Origin: the human T2T-CHM13v2.0 reference genome, Homo sapiens
Assembly: GCF_009914755.1 (NCBI RefSeq)
Contig: NC_060940.1
Direction: 5' to 3' (one strand)
Length of the DNA: 64,000 nucleotides
Shown here piece by piece: positions 1 through 14,479 of this stretch (positions are counted from its first letter, which is position 1; each line of letters opens with the position of its first letter). The notes beneath the pieces are model-generated. The model made no database searches. It saw only the letters and a list, made by a program, of their open reading frames with translations, and was not told where the DNA came from. Made by a program: the position numbers and the translations under genes.

Positions 1-10
1 GAGCAAGGGA

Positions 11-34
11 GGAAGGAAGGAAGGAAGGAAGGAA
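11..34 (+). repeat. (GGAA)6 microsatellite
   Basis: Six consecutive GGAA units read directly. Confidence 0.9.
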
Positions 35-705
35 AGAAATAAGTTAGTTCCTCTCCTGGTAAAATTGGTGAAAATTCAATGATCTGGGAATAAAGAGTAA
101 GCAAGGTGGGCACATTCTCATTTGACTCATTCCACAATAAGGTTAAGCTTAGGAACTTAGAGGAACTAGACAGAAAACACTACAAGGCTTATGGAAAGCG
201 GCTGCTCAAAGGATTCTACTTTTGACTTACTCCTCACCTACAGACTCTCTCTCAGCTAGCTCCACCATACACAACATAAATCATTTAGTGGCACGAAGCA
301 AAGATAGCTTGCTAGACTCACCAAACATTAATTTAGTAGTTTGCTGTATAGTAAACTCTTTATCATTCCTAGAACAAAGCATTCACCTTTATTTCAATAA
401 TTTTCAGTGTATAAACCCCAAGGAAATGATACACAAGTAAGGAAGTTTGAATAGATGCAAGATTCATAGTAGAAATGGGCAAATAAAAAAATTCAAGGAT
501 CTACCTGCAGGGACATGGATCTCCAGTAAGTATCAGTATTGGCAACAGACATTGCAGAATAAAAGCCCCATGCCACTTTTTTTTTTTTTTTGGCTTATCA
601 AGCACAGAATTCCACTCTAGTTCTGATGTAGCTACTGAGTAGCTGACACCAGTATTTGAGTAGTTCTTCTGTTTGCTTCCCTTCCAACTGTAACTTCCCC
701 AAATT

Positions 706-845
706 GTGTAGTGGTTACTAACACAGGTTCTGAAATCAGAAGCGTAAGAGTAAATATCATTCTAGTAGCTTAATGAATATGTGGCCTTAGGCAGGCATTA
801 TTGAACCACAGACTCTTGCTGTCTCTAATAAAATAAGAAGAATAA
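706..845 (+). mobile_element. MIR, 5' part (interrupted by LTR16C-like element)
   Basis: gtgtagtggtta...tgtggccttaggcagg...taaaataagaagaataat resembles the degenerate MIR core. Confidence 0.55.
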
Positions 846-1271
846 TGTGTGAGTCCAGGTCTTCTGAAAAGCATAAACCAAGCCAGGATTAAATGGAAAA
901 GGATTATATTATAGAAAATGCCTATCAGAGGAAAAATAGAAAAGAAGGCAGAAAAGACTGGGAGACCTCAGATATGATGCAGAAATGAGAGAGACAGATG
1001 AGGTGGGGTAGCAGCATTATAGATGGCCACGCAGCCCGAGGAAAGTTCAGCAAAGCCGTGAGGGAGTCCTCAAGCTGAAGCTGCTCATCAGAGGAGTCCT
1101 GTGTCTTCCAGGAAAAGGGCTGACTTAGTATTCCTGATGCACACAGTCATTTACAGTGAGCAGTTCATAGAAGGTATGGCCCTGGTACAAAGGTGTGATG
1201 AATTTCAAAGTGTAGCATTTGGAGCTGTCTGCAATTGGAAGTCTGTGAGACACATTGTCTTGGCTATCACA
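846..1271 (-). mobile_element. ERVL solo LTR, LTR16C-like
   Basis: TG...CA ends; gaggagtcctgtgtcttccagg, ttagtattcctg, gatgaatttcaaagtgtagca resemble the reverse of the LTR16C consensus. Confidence 0.7.
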
Positions 1272-1375
1272 AGGGAACTATTCTTCTCATAGGCAAAGCA
1301 TTAAATACATGTAAGCGTTTAAAATCACAGTGTAAGCACTTAGCAAATATTGGTCATCACTACTACTATTATTAC
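1272..1375 (+). mobile_element. MIR, 3' part with (TAC/TAT)n tail
   Basis: tacatgtaagcgtttaaaa...gtaagcacttagcaaatatt is the MIR 3' end; continues the fragment at 706-845. Confidence 0.55.
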
Positions 1376-2404
1376 ACTACTATTACCATTACAACTATGA
1401 CTACTATTTACTGCTATTTGATGTGTCCCATCCATTAGCCATATATGTGACATTATCACTATTAAATAACTGACTTTTTTTCAGAGTGGGATTTAGGTTT
1501 TCATCCCTCTTGGGAGCACCTAGTATAGGACTCTGAAATATTCTTTTTCCTGGTACCTTGAGTTATAGAACACACAAACAAGAAATCTGCTTATATATTG
1601 ATAGAGAATGGACACAAAGAAACAAGATCGTCATAACTGGAACGGGAATCAAAATTGCATTTGACGAAGGGAACCCCTGATATGGATTTCCCTGAAGCCC
1701 ACTCACTGAAGAAGGGAATCGGTATTCTACAAAGGCACTTTAGACTTTAAATAAAATGTTGGACAATTTGTCAAACATTATCCAATTTTTAAATATTTCT
1801 TAAGAAAGTAAAATGGTTATCTTTAACTTTTTTGTAAATATTTATTCTTTTTTTATCATTTGTTTCACTGCAGAAAGAAAAACACAGTTTGCCAGAACTC
1901 ATATCTAAGGATAAAATATTTCTAAACATTTGTAAGAGTTATTTAGATTTTAGTACACTAAATAAAAAATAAAAACCTTTAGATCTTCACAAAATAATCA
2001 CTTTCTTTCTTTCTTTAAGAGGAAGAGTGAGAAAGGCAGAAAAATAGTGAGCAGGAGCTAGGGAGACAGGACTGTTCTGTGGATTGCTGACCCTGAAGCC
2101 AAATAACAGAACTTTTGCATTGAACTTTGGAAGCTTTCAGTAACTTTAAAAATGAATTTGATTTCTATTGTTGACACTATCTCTGCACTATTGAGACTAA
2201 AAGAGCCAACTTATTACGTGGTGGTCACCTGCGAAGTTCAAGTCCTGCCCTCTACCTGAGTCCTTTGATCATTTGCCCAGGAGACATACAAATTGGTTCC
2301 CCCTGGCTCGCCTGTCTCTGCCCAGGCACCACACTCCCAGTGTATTGGTTCCAATTTATCTTAGAAGGGGATGCTCAAGGGCTATGGAATCCATGAAAGT
2401 TGGA

Positions 2405-2590
2405 CTAGAACTGTTTCTCCATCAAGCTGTGTGGTTTGAGGCAAGTTATTCTACATCTCTATATCTCTATGTTGCAGTCTCTTCATCTAAAAAATCAGAT
2501 AATGGTTTGCAATGAAAGGATGGTAAAATCTAGTGATAGCATATGCAAACTGCTTCGTGCATGATGGTACTAAATAAATAAATGGTTACC
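2405..2590 (+). mobile_element. MIR
   Basis: agctgtgtggtttgaggcaagttatt...cagtctcttcatctaaaaaat MIR core. Confidence 0.55.
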
Positions 2591-2849
2591 AACCACATTT
2601 AACCAGAAATAAACACATACTCTTTCTTTCACAATATTTACCACTTAAATTCAACCCTGTCAGTCACCTTAAGAAATCAATGAATATAATAAGTTAGTTA
2701 CTCAGCAAAGTTTTATTCATGCCGAAGACCACACAGTCATTTCTTTATTTGATATCAATGACTTCATTAATGCATTCATTTGTTCATATACAAAAGCAGC
2801 ACAATATTTTGCTAAGAGCACAATTTTCCTAGGTTTATATAACAGACCT

Positions 2850-2942
2850 TCCACATAGCAGCTGTATAACTTCGGCAAGACCACTTAACTTCCCTGTGTT
2901 TTAGTTATCTCAGTTGTAGAATGAGCATAATAATATCATCTA
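2850..2942 (+). mobile_element. MIR core fragment
   Basis: agctgtataacttcggcaagaccacttaacttccctgtgttttagttatctcagttgtagaatgag. Confidence 0.6.
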
Positions 2943-4508
2943 TTCAGTGCCTTTCCAAACGCAAATACTCAGTACACTGGTACTACATTATTGAGCACAT
3001 AAAACAGGACAATATTTGTGTCAGTCACAGTTGATTGTTATTTTGTATATTTAAGGATACTTCTCCAAACAAAATGGCTTTTTGAGGTCTTTTATGTTAT
3101 ATTTCTAAGATTATTCATATAAACAGTTTTGTCAAAGCAAAAGTAATGACAGCAGAGTTTGCTTTGTTGTCCATCTTTTTCTGTCCTTCCACTTTTTCCT
3201 ACTCCCCTGACGTTCCTTCATCCCTTGAAAAGTGACCTATTTAAGCTACTTCTAAACATCTACACTTTTACAATCATGTTTACCTGGACTGTCAATTGCA
3301 GTGTCTAGAAGCACTGGGGAGAAAAGGATCCACACATTTATTACCAAGTGATGTAATAGCAAGCCTTCCTGATTCATTCATCTATTATTTTGTAATGTTA
3401 TTCCATTAGCCCTGGGCGACCACTCTTGGAGAAGGGGAATCAAATCCATCATAAACCCCTTTATTGATAGAATACTGCCGCTTGTCTATAATAAACATTA
3501 TCTCTGCTATTTGAATAAGGTATTCCTATATTTTATTTTTCTTTAGGCGTTTGGGTTCATTCTTCAGTTCCATGTTTAAAAACAAATAGAATAAAATTGA
3601 AGAAAAATCCAATCAGATCGCAGAATCTCTAACTAGAGCATATGTTTGGGATTCATACGATAGGTTTTAGAGAAGCTGCTGCTCGTTCATGTACATTAAC
3701 TCAAATACTGTGATCTCACTTGAAGTTATCCAAGGTTCTGTCATTACTATCATTAACATTCGTATTTGGTGATATTCTTAATTGAAACAATAATGATTAT
3801 TTAAAAATTTTCATTTTCTAAAAGCAATTTGAACTAGAGCCTCTAGAAACTGAAGTCTTATATAAATACTTCATAATTTGAACCCAGAGTGATATCAACC
3901 TGGGTCCTAAATTTGCTAAAGAATAAAATTAATACTTTCCTAGTTTAATACATTAAGGATTTGTTCAAACTTCTACCCCTGTCCACCTGTCTAGCAATAT
4001 AAAGAAGCCAATATAAATGATATAGAAGATGGGATTGATTAGGATTGTGTCACTAACAGCCAGGTAATAGTCTCTTTATAAAATGCTTTCTATAACCCCA
4101 CTGAATAACAAAATAACCTACACTGCCTATTATTTGCAAATCCCTATTATTTGGAAAAGTTATTATCAATGTAGTGTCCTACTATGTGTGTTCACATATT
4201 AAACTTCTTTAATATACAATTTTTAAAAGATACAAGTGCATTTTCATAATTACATTTAATGTTTAACATATTCCAATTAATGTTTTTAAATTTCCTTCCT
4301 ACTGTATTCAATGAACTGGCTATATATTTAAATTTGATTTTCATTGCTAATTATAGTCAAATGTAACATCACTCAATGAAGGGATTACATTTTTTTTCTT
4401 ATCAACTTAAGGTGGCACTGGGTTTAACTATTCATTTAAAGTTTTAACATAATGTGTTTAATATATTTATTCCTGAAAGAAGTATTTTCAATGACTACTA
4501 ATCCAAAT

Positions 4509-4975
4509 TGTGCTCATTATCCTCCATTTGTCCCCTGGATACACTCTCCATCCTTCTCTAATAGAGGGTCTCTTGACCTCTTCCTTCTGGTTGGGTTTAG
4601 CCAAAAAGAACACTGCCTGGAGATAGAAGGGAGAGAAGAGGTCGCATATTTATTTCTTTAGCTCTGTTTTTCTGGCATACCCTTGCATCTGCTGTTTCTC
4701 AAAACCAAGTTTATAATTGCACTTATAAAATCTCCTCCCATCTACTGTCTCATTCTCTGCTGTGGAACACATCCCGCCTTTCACCCTTTAGATCTTCAAG
4801 CCTGATGATGGTAACGAAGCATCTCTCTCCTTACTAATCCCTATAGATCCCTAGCACTATCCCTTTATGCCCTTACATTCTGCTCACAGCATTTTCTAAA
4901 CCCTTTATTAAATTCTTTTCAAATTAAAAAATTGGGATGTACCTTCTGTTTGCTGCCTAGGTACTAACTGATGAA
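4509..4975 (+). mobile_element. ERVL solo LTR, LTR33-like
   Basis: tttgtcccctggatacactctcca, ctggttgggtttagccaa, gaggtcgcatatttattt and 3' ccctttattaaa...ctgtttgctgcctagg resemble LTR33 hallmarks. Confidence 0.7.
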
Positions 4976-6080
4976 TTATCAAGAAACAAAGCTCTTTATT
5001 CTAACTGCAAATTGAACTTAATAATAAATGTTTATTTGAAAATACTTATTTTTTTATTTATATCACACTTTAAAAACCATTACAGTTGCCTAGAAACTTA
5101 CTCCATTAAATTAAAACATTATACCTAGAATTTGCAAGTTTTCTTCAAATTATGACCAAGTTATATATCCCATAGAGAAGTAATATTTACCCATTAGGTA
5201 CATTCAATAAAGTCTTCTCTGTGTGTGTGTATATGTGTGTGTGTATACAGGAAATAAATACGAAATCGACCTTCCTCATAGTATTACTTTTTTTTGTTTT
5301 TTTTTTTTTCTAATCTCAAAGACATGAAGAATCAGAGTGGACTTGCCTGAGAAGTATGTGGGTATGGAGAAAAAGGAGAACAAAGGAGATTTCCAGCATT
5401 GTTGAAAGATTAGGAACTAAGGAGACCTTACAATAAATTGCTTAAGGAACAAAGGTCAATATAGATCTTGATACTAAGAGCAGGCAACGGGGGATGCTCT
5501 GAAAGAAAAGGCAGACTTGAAAGAGGAATGGCATGAAAAATGTCATTATATTTTTATATCTATATTGAGCCGTCACTATTTGCCAGCCACGTCAAGCATG
5601 ACTGTTTTTATTCTCATTGTACATTTGAAGAAAGCATAATAAAGAAAATTCTCCAGCATTTTCTAGTAGAGCAGAAAAATTTAAACCCAGTTTCCTCTGA
5701 TCCTGTGCCTAAGCATCATATCAAATTCAGGCTATTCAGTTTTTTTAGATGAAAAGTGGAATAGTGCAGATAGTACCTAATTTCCGTGTGCCAAGAGTTA
5801 CATATAGGGCCCATCTCTTTGGTAGGGTGCCAAGACCATAAGGCAAAATGGGGAGTTCTATTCAAATACTGCAATGGCCGCCACAGCCATTACTAAAGCA
5901 ACTTATGCTGAGTGGCCACAAGTAGAGTGAAGTCTCTTAAGAAGTTAGAAAATCTTTCATTCCTGAAAATTTCCTGGATAGTCTTAAATCCTCTTTTATG
6001 TGAACACTGAGGTGGGAGGATTTACTCATCAGACTCAGAATTACACTAAAATGTCCTCTGTTCTCTTCCTGCTTGTATGG

Positions 6081-6448
6081 GCATTTACACCTGGCTGTTT
6101 GGTTATTATTTTTTCCATAAGAAGCTCATTTTGATTCAGTAAATACAAGTGAATTATTATTTTTTTGTAATGGATATATGTTGAAACTCTCTCAGCACCT
6201 GATATTTGCTAAGACATAGGCCTGCTTTAAACCAGCTGCTGTGAAAACAATATAAATACATTTCTGTCCTTAGATACTTTTCCTGGCATTGTGCTTCTGA
6301 GCATTTACACCTGGCTGTTGGATTATTTCTTCCATAAGAAGCTCATTTTGATTGAGCAAATACAAGTAAATTAATATTTTTTAATAGAAATAGGTCTGAA
6401 ACTTTCTTAGCATCTGATATTCTCCAACGTGTAGGTTTGCAGTAAACC
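6081..6448 (+). repeat. Diverged direct duplication, ~150-bp cores with 220-bp period (6081-6233 and 6301-6448)
   Basis: Both copies start gcatttacacctggctgtt and share ttccataagaagctcattttgatt. Confidence 0.9.
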
Positions 6449-7360
6449 TATAATTTCTCTGCAAAGTCTAAAATTAAAACCATTTTACTAGCTGGATGGT
6501 CATTTTAAAAAATCTACAAACAACAGCAGCAGCAATCTAACTAGGATGAATGAGTGCGTGTGTTATTTTATTTAAGTATTTATTTTTCATCAAAAAATAT
6601 ATTTCAAGGCTAAGTATGAGTGAGTTCTTAAAAACACTCTGGGAAAAAACAACTTATAAAAGTTAATTATTTTAAAATCTCGTTGTCAAAGTTGATCAAA
6701 GAATCCAATAATCACTGCAGGTATTAACTGAATACTGTTCGCTTTAACAACTCGAAATAACTTGTCATTCCAAGACACACGCCCTTTGTTATTTGTGTCT
6801 CTAAATTACTAAAATGACCTAAGACATACACTTGGTCTCTCCTGGTTGGGTGATCCAAAACTAATTGTCTTTTTTCCTTTTCCTTCCTAACTTCTTCGAT
6901 AGCTTGTCATTGGATATTTTATCATTGTATGAGGTCTAGCCATTGAGAAGACACTCTATAACTTTGTTTCTCTCAAACTTTTTGGCCACAGATGTGTCAT
7001 TCTAACTTTTATTTTAATGATTAAATGTTGTTCGGAAAGGATATGTGAAATATTCCACTAGGGAAATGTGAGAATGGTGAATATGGGTTGAAATTGTCAA
7101 CTTCTTTCATGTAGTTAACCTAAGGAGAAATACTAATCTCTCTTTTCTGACTTTCTTGAATACGGAGTTTAGCATGAATGTTTAAGCACTGCTATTTCCT
7201 GTTTGTTTGATTTTTGAGGAGTTCATACATTCTAAACTAATGCCAAAGGGAAAAATTTACCTCTGAAATTCTCCTGATTTGAAACTTAATTAAATGGTTT
7301 GCACAAAAACAAAATAATCTGACATTGCTTTGTCCTTTTCTAATTATATATAACTATCTA

Positions 7361-7374
7361 TACACATACACACC

Positions 7375-7406
<32 letters not shown>

Positions 7407-7430
7407 ATACATATATACATACATATATTT
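7361..7430 (+). repeat. (CA)n/(TA)n compound microsatellite
   Basis: Read directly. Confidence 0.9.
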
Positions 7431-7450
7431 ATACTAAACAGGGACATTGG

Positions 7451-7740
7451 AGACCAGGCATGGTGGCTCATGCCCATAACCCCAGCACTTTGAGAGGCCA
7501 AGAATGTGAGGATTGCTTGAGGCCAAGAGTTACAGACCAGCCTGGGCAACATAGCAAAACCTCATCTCTACAAAATATATTTATTAAAAAATAGCCAACT
7601 ACAGTGGTGCGCACCTGTAGTCCTAGCTACTTGGGAGGCTAAGCCCAAGAGTTCAGTGCTGCAGTGAGCTGTGACCTGCACTGCACTCTAGACTGGGTGA
7701 AAGTAGGAGACCCTATCTCTTAAAAAAAAAAAAAAAAAAA
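7451..7740 (+). mobile_element. AluJ
   Basis: ggattgcttgaggccaagagtt and gggcaacatagcaaaacc are J-type; ~20-bp deletion in right monomer; poly-A; TSD gacattgg (7443-7450/7741-7748). Confidence 0.93.
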
Positions 7741-8452
7741 GACATTGGGTGTCTTTTAAAATAATTTGAAATAAGAAAACTGACTAATTAAAAGAGTATA
7801 AATTTGGAAAGGAAACAATTTACTGTCAAGAGAATAAACACTTGCATATAACTTAGGGCTTTTTTTTCCCCCAGATGTTGATGATTACCATTCCTTATAA
7901 TTTTAGGAAGTGGAATTCCCTCTCCAAAAGGGAACTGTATCTGCTATACAAAGGTCACCTATTTGGACAGACATCAATAAACCTAACATTCAGGATGGTG
8001 AATGTTTTGTTCTCCTTGTTGACAGGCTTGGGGCATATTACATATCATTAATATGGCTGACTAATTCCTAATTAGGAACTCATTAGCAGCTCCACAACTG
8101 TAGAGTTTGATGGATTTGCAGCCAATCTTTAAAAAGGTCACAATAAATGACCTCTGGCGAAGACTATCCCATCTGTCTATCAGTTAATACCAGTATTTTT
8201 TGCTGAAAAATGTAATCATTTTGCTTCTCCTTGGGAAGATGCACAAGGCCTATTTCTTTTACAAGATTATTATGTTTAATTAAATATTTATATTAATGAA
8301 TGCATTCTTTGCTTTTGATTTTCTGATACAAAATGTCCATCCTCCACATACCTTATTTCAATTAGCCGTTTTCCTTTTAGAAGGTATGGATATGTCAGTG
8401 TGTGAGATATAACTGTTAAAGCAGAAGGTTAAGATTAAAAAGAAAAAAAAGA

Positions 8453-8779
<327 letters not shown>

Positions 8780-9017
8780 TTAGTGATTCCCATAGCAACT
8801 GTAGAAGTTTACAACATAGCACATGTACTACTCTAAAGGAAACACTTTTATATTAACGAAAGCTATATTATTGAAACACATATTTTCATTATTATCATTT
8901 TGGAAAGTCAGAGAGAAAATCAAACTATTTTTATAGTGAAATATGGAGCATCACTTTAAAATATGTCATTTTAATTTGAAAGCATATAAGGTTGCACTTA
9001 AAATATAAAATCATGTT

Positions 9018-9362
<345 letters not shown>

Positions 9363-9722
9363 TTAAACATATAGAATGTATTACTCTATGTTCTCTTTTC
9401 TCCTGCCTACTTTCTTTTCTTTTTTTGTTTTCTATTTTTGTTAGGGTTCATATTTATATAATTCATAGAGAATATAAAATTCAACAGGGAAATTTTTGGA
9501 AACCTAAGTTACCTCAGGTTGTTCTGAAAATTTTCCAGGGTATATAAGAAGGTATTTGCTATAGTTGGGGAAATAGTAGAGAATTAAAACACGCAACAAT
9601 TCAATTTTCATTTTTTTCAAGTTGTCTGTAGATAAAACTCAATAAGTCCTATGCAAAATAAAGGAAAGATGTGTATGGTTGCAAAAGCTGGAGAGTGGTT
9701 GCACTCTCTTCCAATCTCTTAA

Positions 9723-10060
<338 letters not shown>

Positions 10061-10242
10061 TGAGGTCCAGACTGAATAATCGAATTACCAAAATCATGCT
10101 GGGTTTTTTTGTTTTTGTTTTTTCTGTTTCTTTGTTTATTTTTTTGTTTGTTTTTTTGTTTTTACTCCCCAAATAGAACCTGGCTTCCAGGCCTACGAGG
10201 TCCGTCCATGTAAACCACAGTAGGTCCAATTCTTTTTGATTT

Positions 10243-10515
10243 GATTTATTTATTAAAGATATATTGATCCCACGTTATGTACTAGACTGTGTTAGAACTG
10301 GGAATAGATAAAATTAAAGGCAAATGTTATAATTGTCCTATAGAGTTTGTCTGGCACAGAGGATAGACATTCAATGAGAAGATGTAATAATGAATGATGC
10401 AGATTGAGATGGGAAAAAACAGAGTACTATGGGGGAATATTAAAAAGAACGTAAGCAAGTCTACAGGGCACAGAAAAGCCATCACCAATGAGGTGACTTT
10501 TAAGCTGAGGCCTGA
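10243..10515 (-). mobile_element. L2 3' fragment
   Basis: tatgtactagactgtgttagaactgggaatag...gaggtgacttttaagctgaggcctga. Confidence 0.6.
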
Positions 10516-11719
10516 TATACTCTGTTTATACTCATTTATATGCTAACTTCATACACGTAACTGGGGAAGAGAAAGCATCGGCAGTCCTCCTGTCTATAAA
10601 CAGAAGATATGATGGTGTTAGGCAGATGGGAACCTTTGCTTTTGATGACTTGTTTGAAAACCTTTTTTTTTTTTTCAGTTAATTTCTGTATCTATCTATT
10701 TTTAGACACTGGAAAAAGCAGCAGTGATTTCTTTATTAAAATGAGAAATAGTCCAGACACACAGAGTCAATGTATGTTTTAGTTAATAAACTGCAAATGT
10801 TTTATGGGCTGTTGTCCAATATAAAATAAGGGGTAGAAGTTAATTAGGCATATTTTTGTCAGCATTCTATTTTAAAATGGAAATAAACAGAAAATAACTC
10901 TTTGAAATCCAGTATTGTATGCTCTCGTGGTAGCTGAAGCTCAAAGAAGATAGTAAAAAAACAAACAAACAAAAAAAAAACTGAACTGCCCAGCAACTGA
11001 GTGCACAACCTTGTATGGGAATGAACAGCTGTTCTTAGAGTAGTTACACAAAATCTGGGGTTCTTTAGAAATTACATAAAAATGAAAAGAAACAAGAAAT
11101 CTTCCAGGTGACAGTCTTCAACCAAGCTGAGTTTTCTCTGTAGGTAGCTGGGAGCCACTTACAGTGAATGAAGAGAGGGGTGCAGATCAGGACTCAGTCA
11201 TGTAGGATAAGGTAGAATGTCTTGATAAAATAAAATACAATTAGTAAAGAACCAGAAATCATCTAGTTGGTGTGAAAAAATATTAAGGTAAGGAAAAGTA
11301 GTATATTTGAATAAAGGCTGTTTAGTACCACAGTATTTAAATCCTGAGTGCTTGCAATGTATTGATCCTAAGTTGTTCAACCTGTGTTCATCTTATCTCC
11401 TCACATAGTGAAAAATTTCCTTGAGGACAAGGTCTACACCTCATAATTATTTAGCAGCTTCAGATTTATTTGAACAGTAATGATCTGAGAGCAGACATTC
11501 CAAAAATAGTCTTTCACCAATCCAGTAGAATTCAGCTATTAAGATGCTGCCCTCATTGCCCTGAATTGACTGACATTTTATGTCTCTAACTTGAGATTAT
11601 GTAGACACTGACTCTGATCAGCAGTCACAGTGGATGTTCAGCTAGAGCAGATGTTGGCAGCATTTAAATGAAATGAATCATTCTGGAGCTGTGGTCAAAA
11701 TTATCTTATCCATTCTTTA

Positions 11720-11992
11720 GAGTTTATTTGAAATATCATTTTCTCTAGGAAGCTTTCTCAGACAGGGCCATGTCACCCCATTTTTAAGTATGTAGTCTTT
11801 CTCCTTTGTAAAGGTTAAGTAACATAAATAAATTATTAACTATTTAATTCTTTGTTCAAAGTTCTCTATCCCTATCAAAACCAAAGAACTACAAGTAGAA
11901 GAAATTTGTCTGTCTAATTCACCACTATTTTTTCCAGAGCCCCTATGATAATATTTTGCTCATAACAGGGGATCTATATATATTTGTGAAAT
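11720..11992 (+). mobile_element. L2 3' end
   Basis: aaatatcattttctctaggaagctttctc...tttgtctgtctaattcaccact...atatttgtgaa. Confidence 0.55.
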
Positions 11993-12295
11993 ACTTTAAT
12001 AGGAAATGTGACTTAAGAGTTTGAGATATGGGTTCTTTTTCAACTGTGCTGTTGTCTAGCAATGAGAAATTTTATGAGCCAAATAAGCATCTTACTACTT
12101 ACTACTTCTCTCTCAGGAAAATCACCAAGTTTGTCGTGATGTTCAAATGAGCGCTAACTTGAGCTCTAATCACTACCCATCTACAAACAAGTTTTGGGAG
12201 GTTAGGTAAACTTTTATTATCCTCATGTTTTAACACTCAAAATGAAAATGTTGAAAATTAGCAGAATAGTAAAGGACACTATGTCAGGGAAATAG

Positions 12296-12505
12296 AGAGG
12301 CAGTATAATTAATAGTTAACAACTGCAGCCAGAGTGTTGAAGTCCCACAACTGGCTTCACCACTTTCTGGCATTTGATCTGGGCAAGTTGACCTCTTCAG
12401 GTTGCAGTTTCCTCATCTATGAAGCAGGCTTTTTTAACCATTAAATAAATTGAAACACTTGCAGCACTTAGAACATTTTGGGGTGTTAAATAAGTGCTTA
12501 AATGT
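12296..12505 (+). mobile_element. MIR
   Basis: gatctgggcaagttgacctc...cagtttcctcatctatgaa...gcacttagaaca. Confidence 0.7.
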
Positions 12506-12589
12506 AATATAATCAAATATTGGATTTAGAAATCTCGCTTTAAATTTAATATGGTGGAAGTTATACAAGAGGACAAGTTTTTTGCGGGA

Positions 12590-13140
12590 AGATGAGTTTA
12601 GAAACCAGTTTAATTATTTAGGTGATAAGTGATGATGGTGTGCTTCAGAATATTGGCAAAAGAGGTGGAGAGAAATGGAGGTAGTCAGAAGGTTTCCAGA
12701 GTACATATCAACAGAGGATGGTAAATTATTATATGGAGAAGATGATATACACTGGTTTCCCCATGATCAATTGGAGGAATCTTGGTGCCACTCACTGATA
12801 TTAAAAAACAGCAGGGATAGATGAGTTTTGTTTTGTATCCTATTGAGTTAGAGTTGTCTGTGGGACATCCAAGACAGCTATCCAGTAGCGAGTTTGATAT
12901 ATAGATTTGTAATCCAAGCAAGAGAGCCAGAATGAAGAATAAGCCATAAATGAAAGATGAGAAAAGACAATAGTGGGAGGAAGTAGAAGGTCATACATGG
13001 GGGAATAGTTAAGACTGAAAAGTCTCCAGTAGCTTATATGCAGATGAGACAGCCAGAGTGAGGAATAAGTTGGAAGTAGAAGAGCAATCACGATTTTAAA
13101 GAAAGAAGTAGGAGATAAAATTCAAAGCACAGATATAGGC
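12590..13140 (-). mobile_element. L2 internal fragment
   Basis: ggtgccactcactgat, gatgagttttgttttg, ttgagttagagttgtctgtgggacatccaag are typical of antisense L2. Confidence 0.6.
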
Positions 13141-13237
13141 AATAGTAATGACACCTCTGTCATTTACAGAGAAAGTTTCAAAGAAAAGTACACATATTTG
13201 GATAGTTGGGATAATATTAATTTTTGTCTTTCTAATG

Positions 13238-13878
13238 GAGTATTAGTTTTCTATTGATGTGTAATGAAAGACAACACATGTAGTGACTTTAAACAATACC
13301 CATTGATTATCTCACAGTTTTGTAGGTTAGATGTCTGAGGGGGCTCAGCTGAGCGTTCTGCGCGGGGTTACACAAGACAGAAACCAGTGTGTTCACCAGG
13401 CTGAGCTCTTACCTGTAGGCAAGGTAAGAGCTGTTCTAAACACATTCAGGCTATTGACAAAATCCATTTACTTGTAGTTGAATGTCTTTTATCCTTGTTT
13501 TCTCACACGTGCAACCTGAGATTGCTGCTCTGCTGCTAGAGTTCTTACACATTCCTTCACAAATGGCTTTCTGCATCTTCAGGCAAGGTGTGGCACATCA
13601 AATCTCCCTTATGCTTCAGTCTCTCTACCTACCTCTTACTCTACATCTTCCTGACTTCTGTCTCTGATGTTAAGGTTCCTGTGATTACATTTAGCCCACT
13701 CAGATAATTTAGGATTATTTCTTCAATTTAAAGTCAACTGATTAGCAACCTTAATTACACTGCAGTGTCTTTATCATGGAAGGTAATATATTTATTGGTG
13801 TTACAGATCACCGTATTCAGTCACAGATACCAGGAGAGTAAGGAAATGTTCTCAGAGAACATAATTCTACTTACTGTA
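13238..13878 (-). mobile_element. MaLR solo LTR, MLT1E-like
   Basis: ttatctcacagttttgtaggttag, cattcaggctattgacaaaatcca, aaagtcaactgattagcaaccttaattaca. Confidence 0.8.
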
Positions 13879-14121
13879 AATGGTGCTTTCTTTCCTCTCT
13901 GGAGAAAGAGGAAAAAAACATATATTAACAGGGAGGATGGAAAAGCTGAAATGACTGAAGATTATAGCCACAGGTTAAATGATATTTTTACCAGTGATGT
14001 ATAAAAATATTTATTTCCTAAAAAAGTGAAATTATCTCTTTACCCTCCTACCCAGCCCAAACATTACTTTTTTCTTAATCAGCTAATTAATCACTATTTG
14101 GTGTAGGAAGTAAAGAGATCT

Positions 14122-14477
14122 GGTACTAGTCTGTTCTTGCACTTCTAATAAAGACATACCTGAGACTTGGTAATTTATAAAGGAAAGAAGTTTAATTGAC
14201 TCACAGTTCCACATGGCTGGGGAGGCCTTACAATCATGGCCAAAGGCAAAGGAGGAGCAAAGTCACATTTTACATGGCAGCAGATAAGATAGTTTGTATA
14301 GGGGAACTCCCATTTATATAATCATAAGATCTCCTAAGACTTATTTACAACCACAAGAACAGTATGGGGAAAACCACCCCATAATTCAATTATCTCCACC
14401 TGGCCCTGCCCTTGACATTGTGGGGATTATTACAATTCAAGGTGAGATTTGTGTGGGGACACAGCCAAACGATATCA
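14122..14477 (-). mobile_element. MaLR solo LTR, THE1C-like
   Basis: Full-length THE1-type LTR ending ggggacacagccaaacgatatca; 5-bp TSD gatct/gatat. Confidence 0.92.
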
Positions 14478-14479
14478 GA

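Noticed and set aside
11-34. GGAA repeat as an EWSR1-FLI1 response element
   Set aside because: Only six units and no functional evidence.
1850-1936. Splice-acceptor-like tract (tttcactgcag); another at 7860-7874
   Set aside because: No convincing donor or paired exon; such motifs are frequent in AT-rich DNA.
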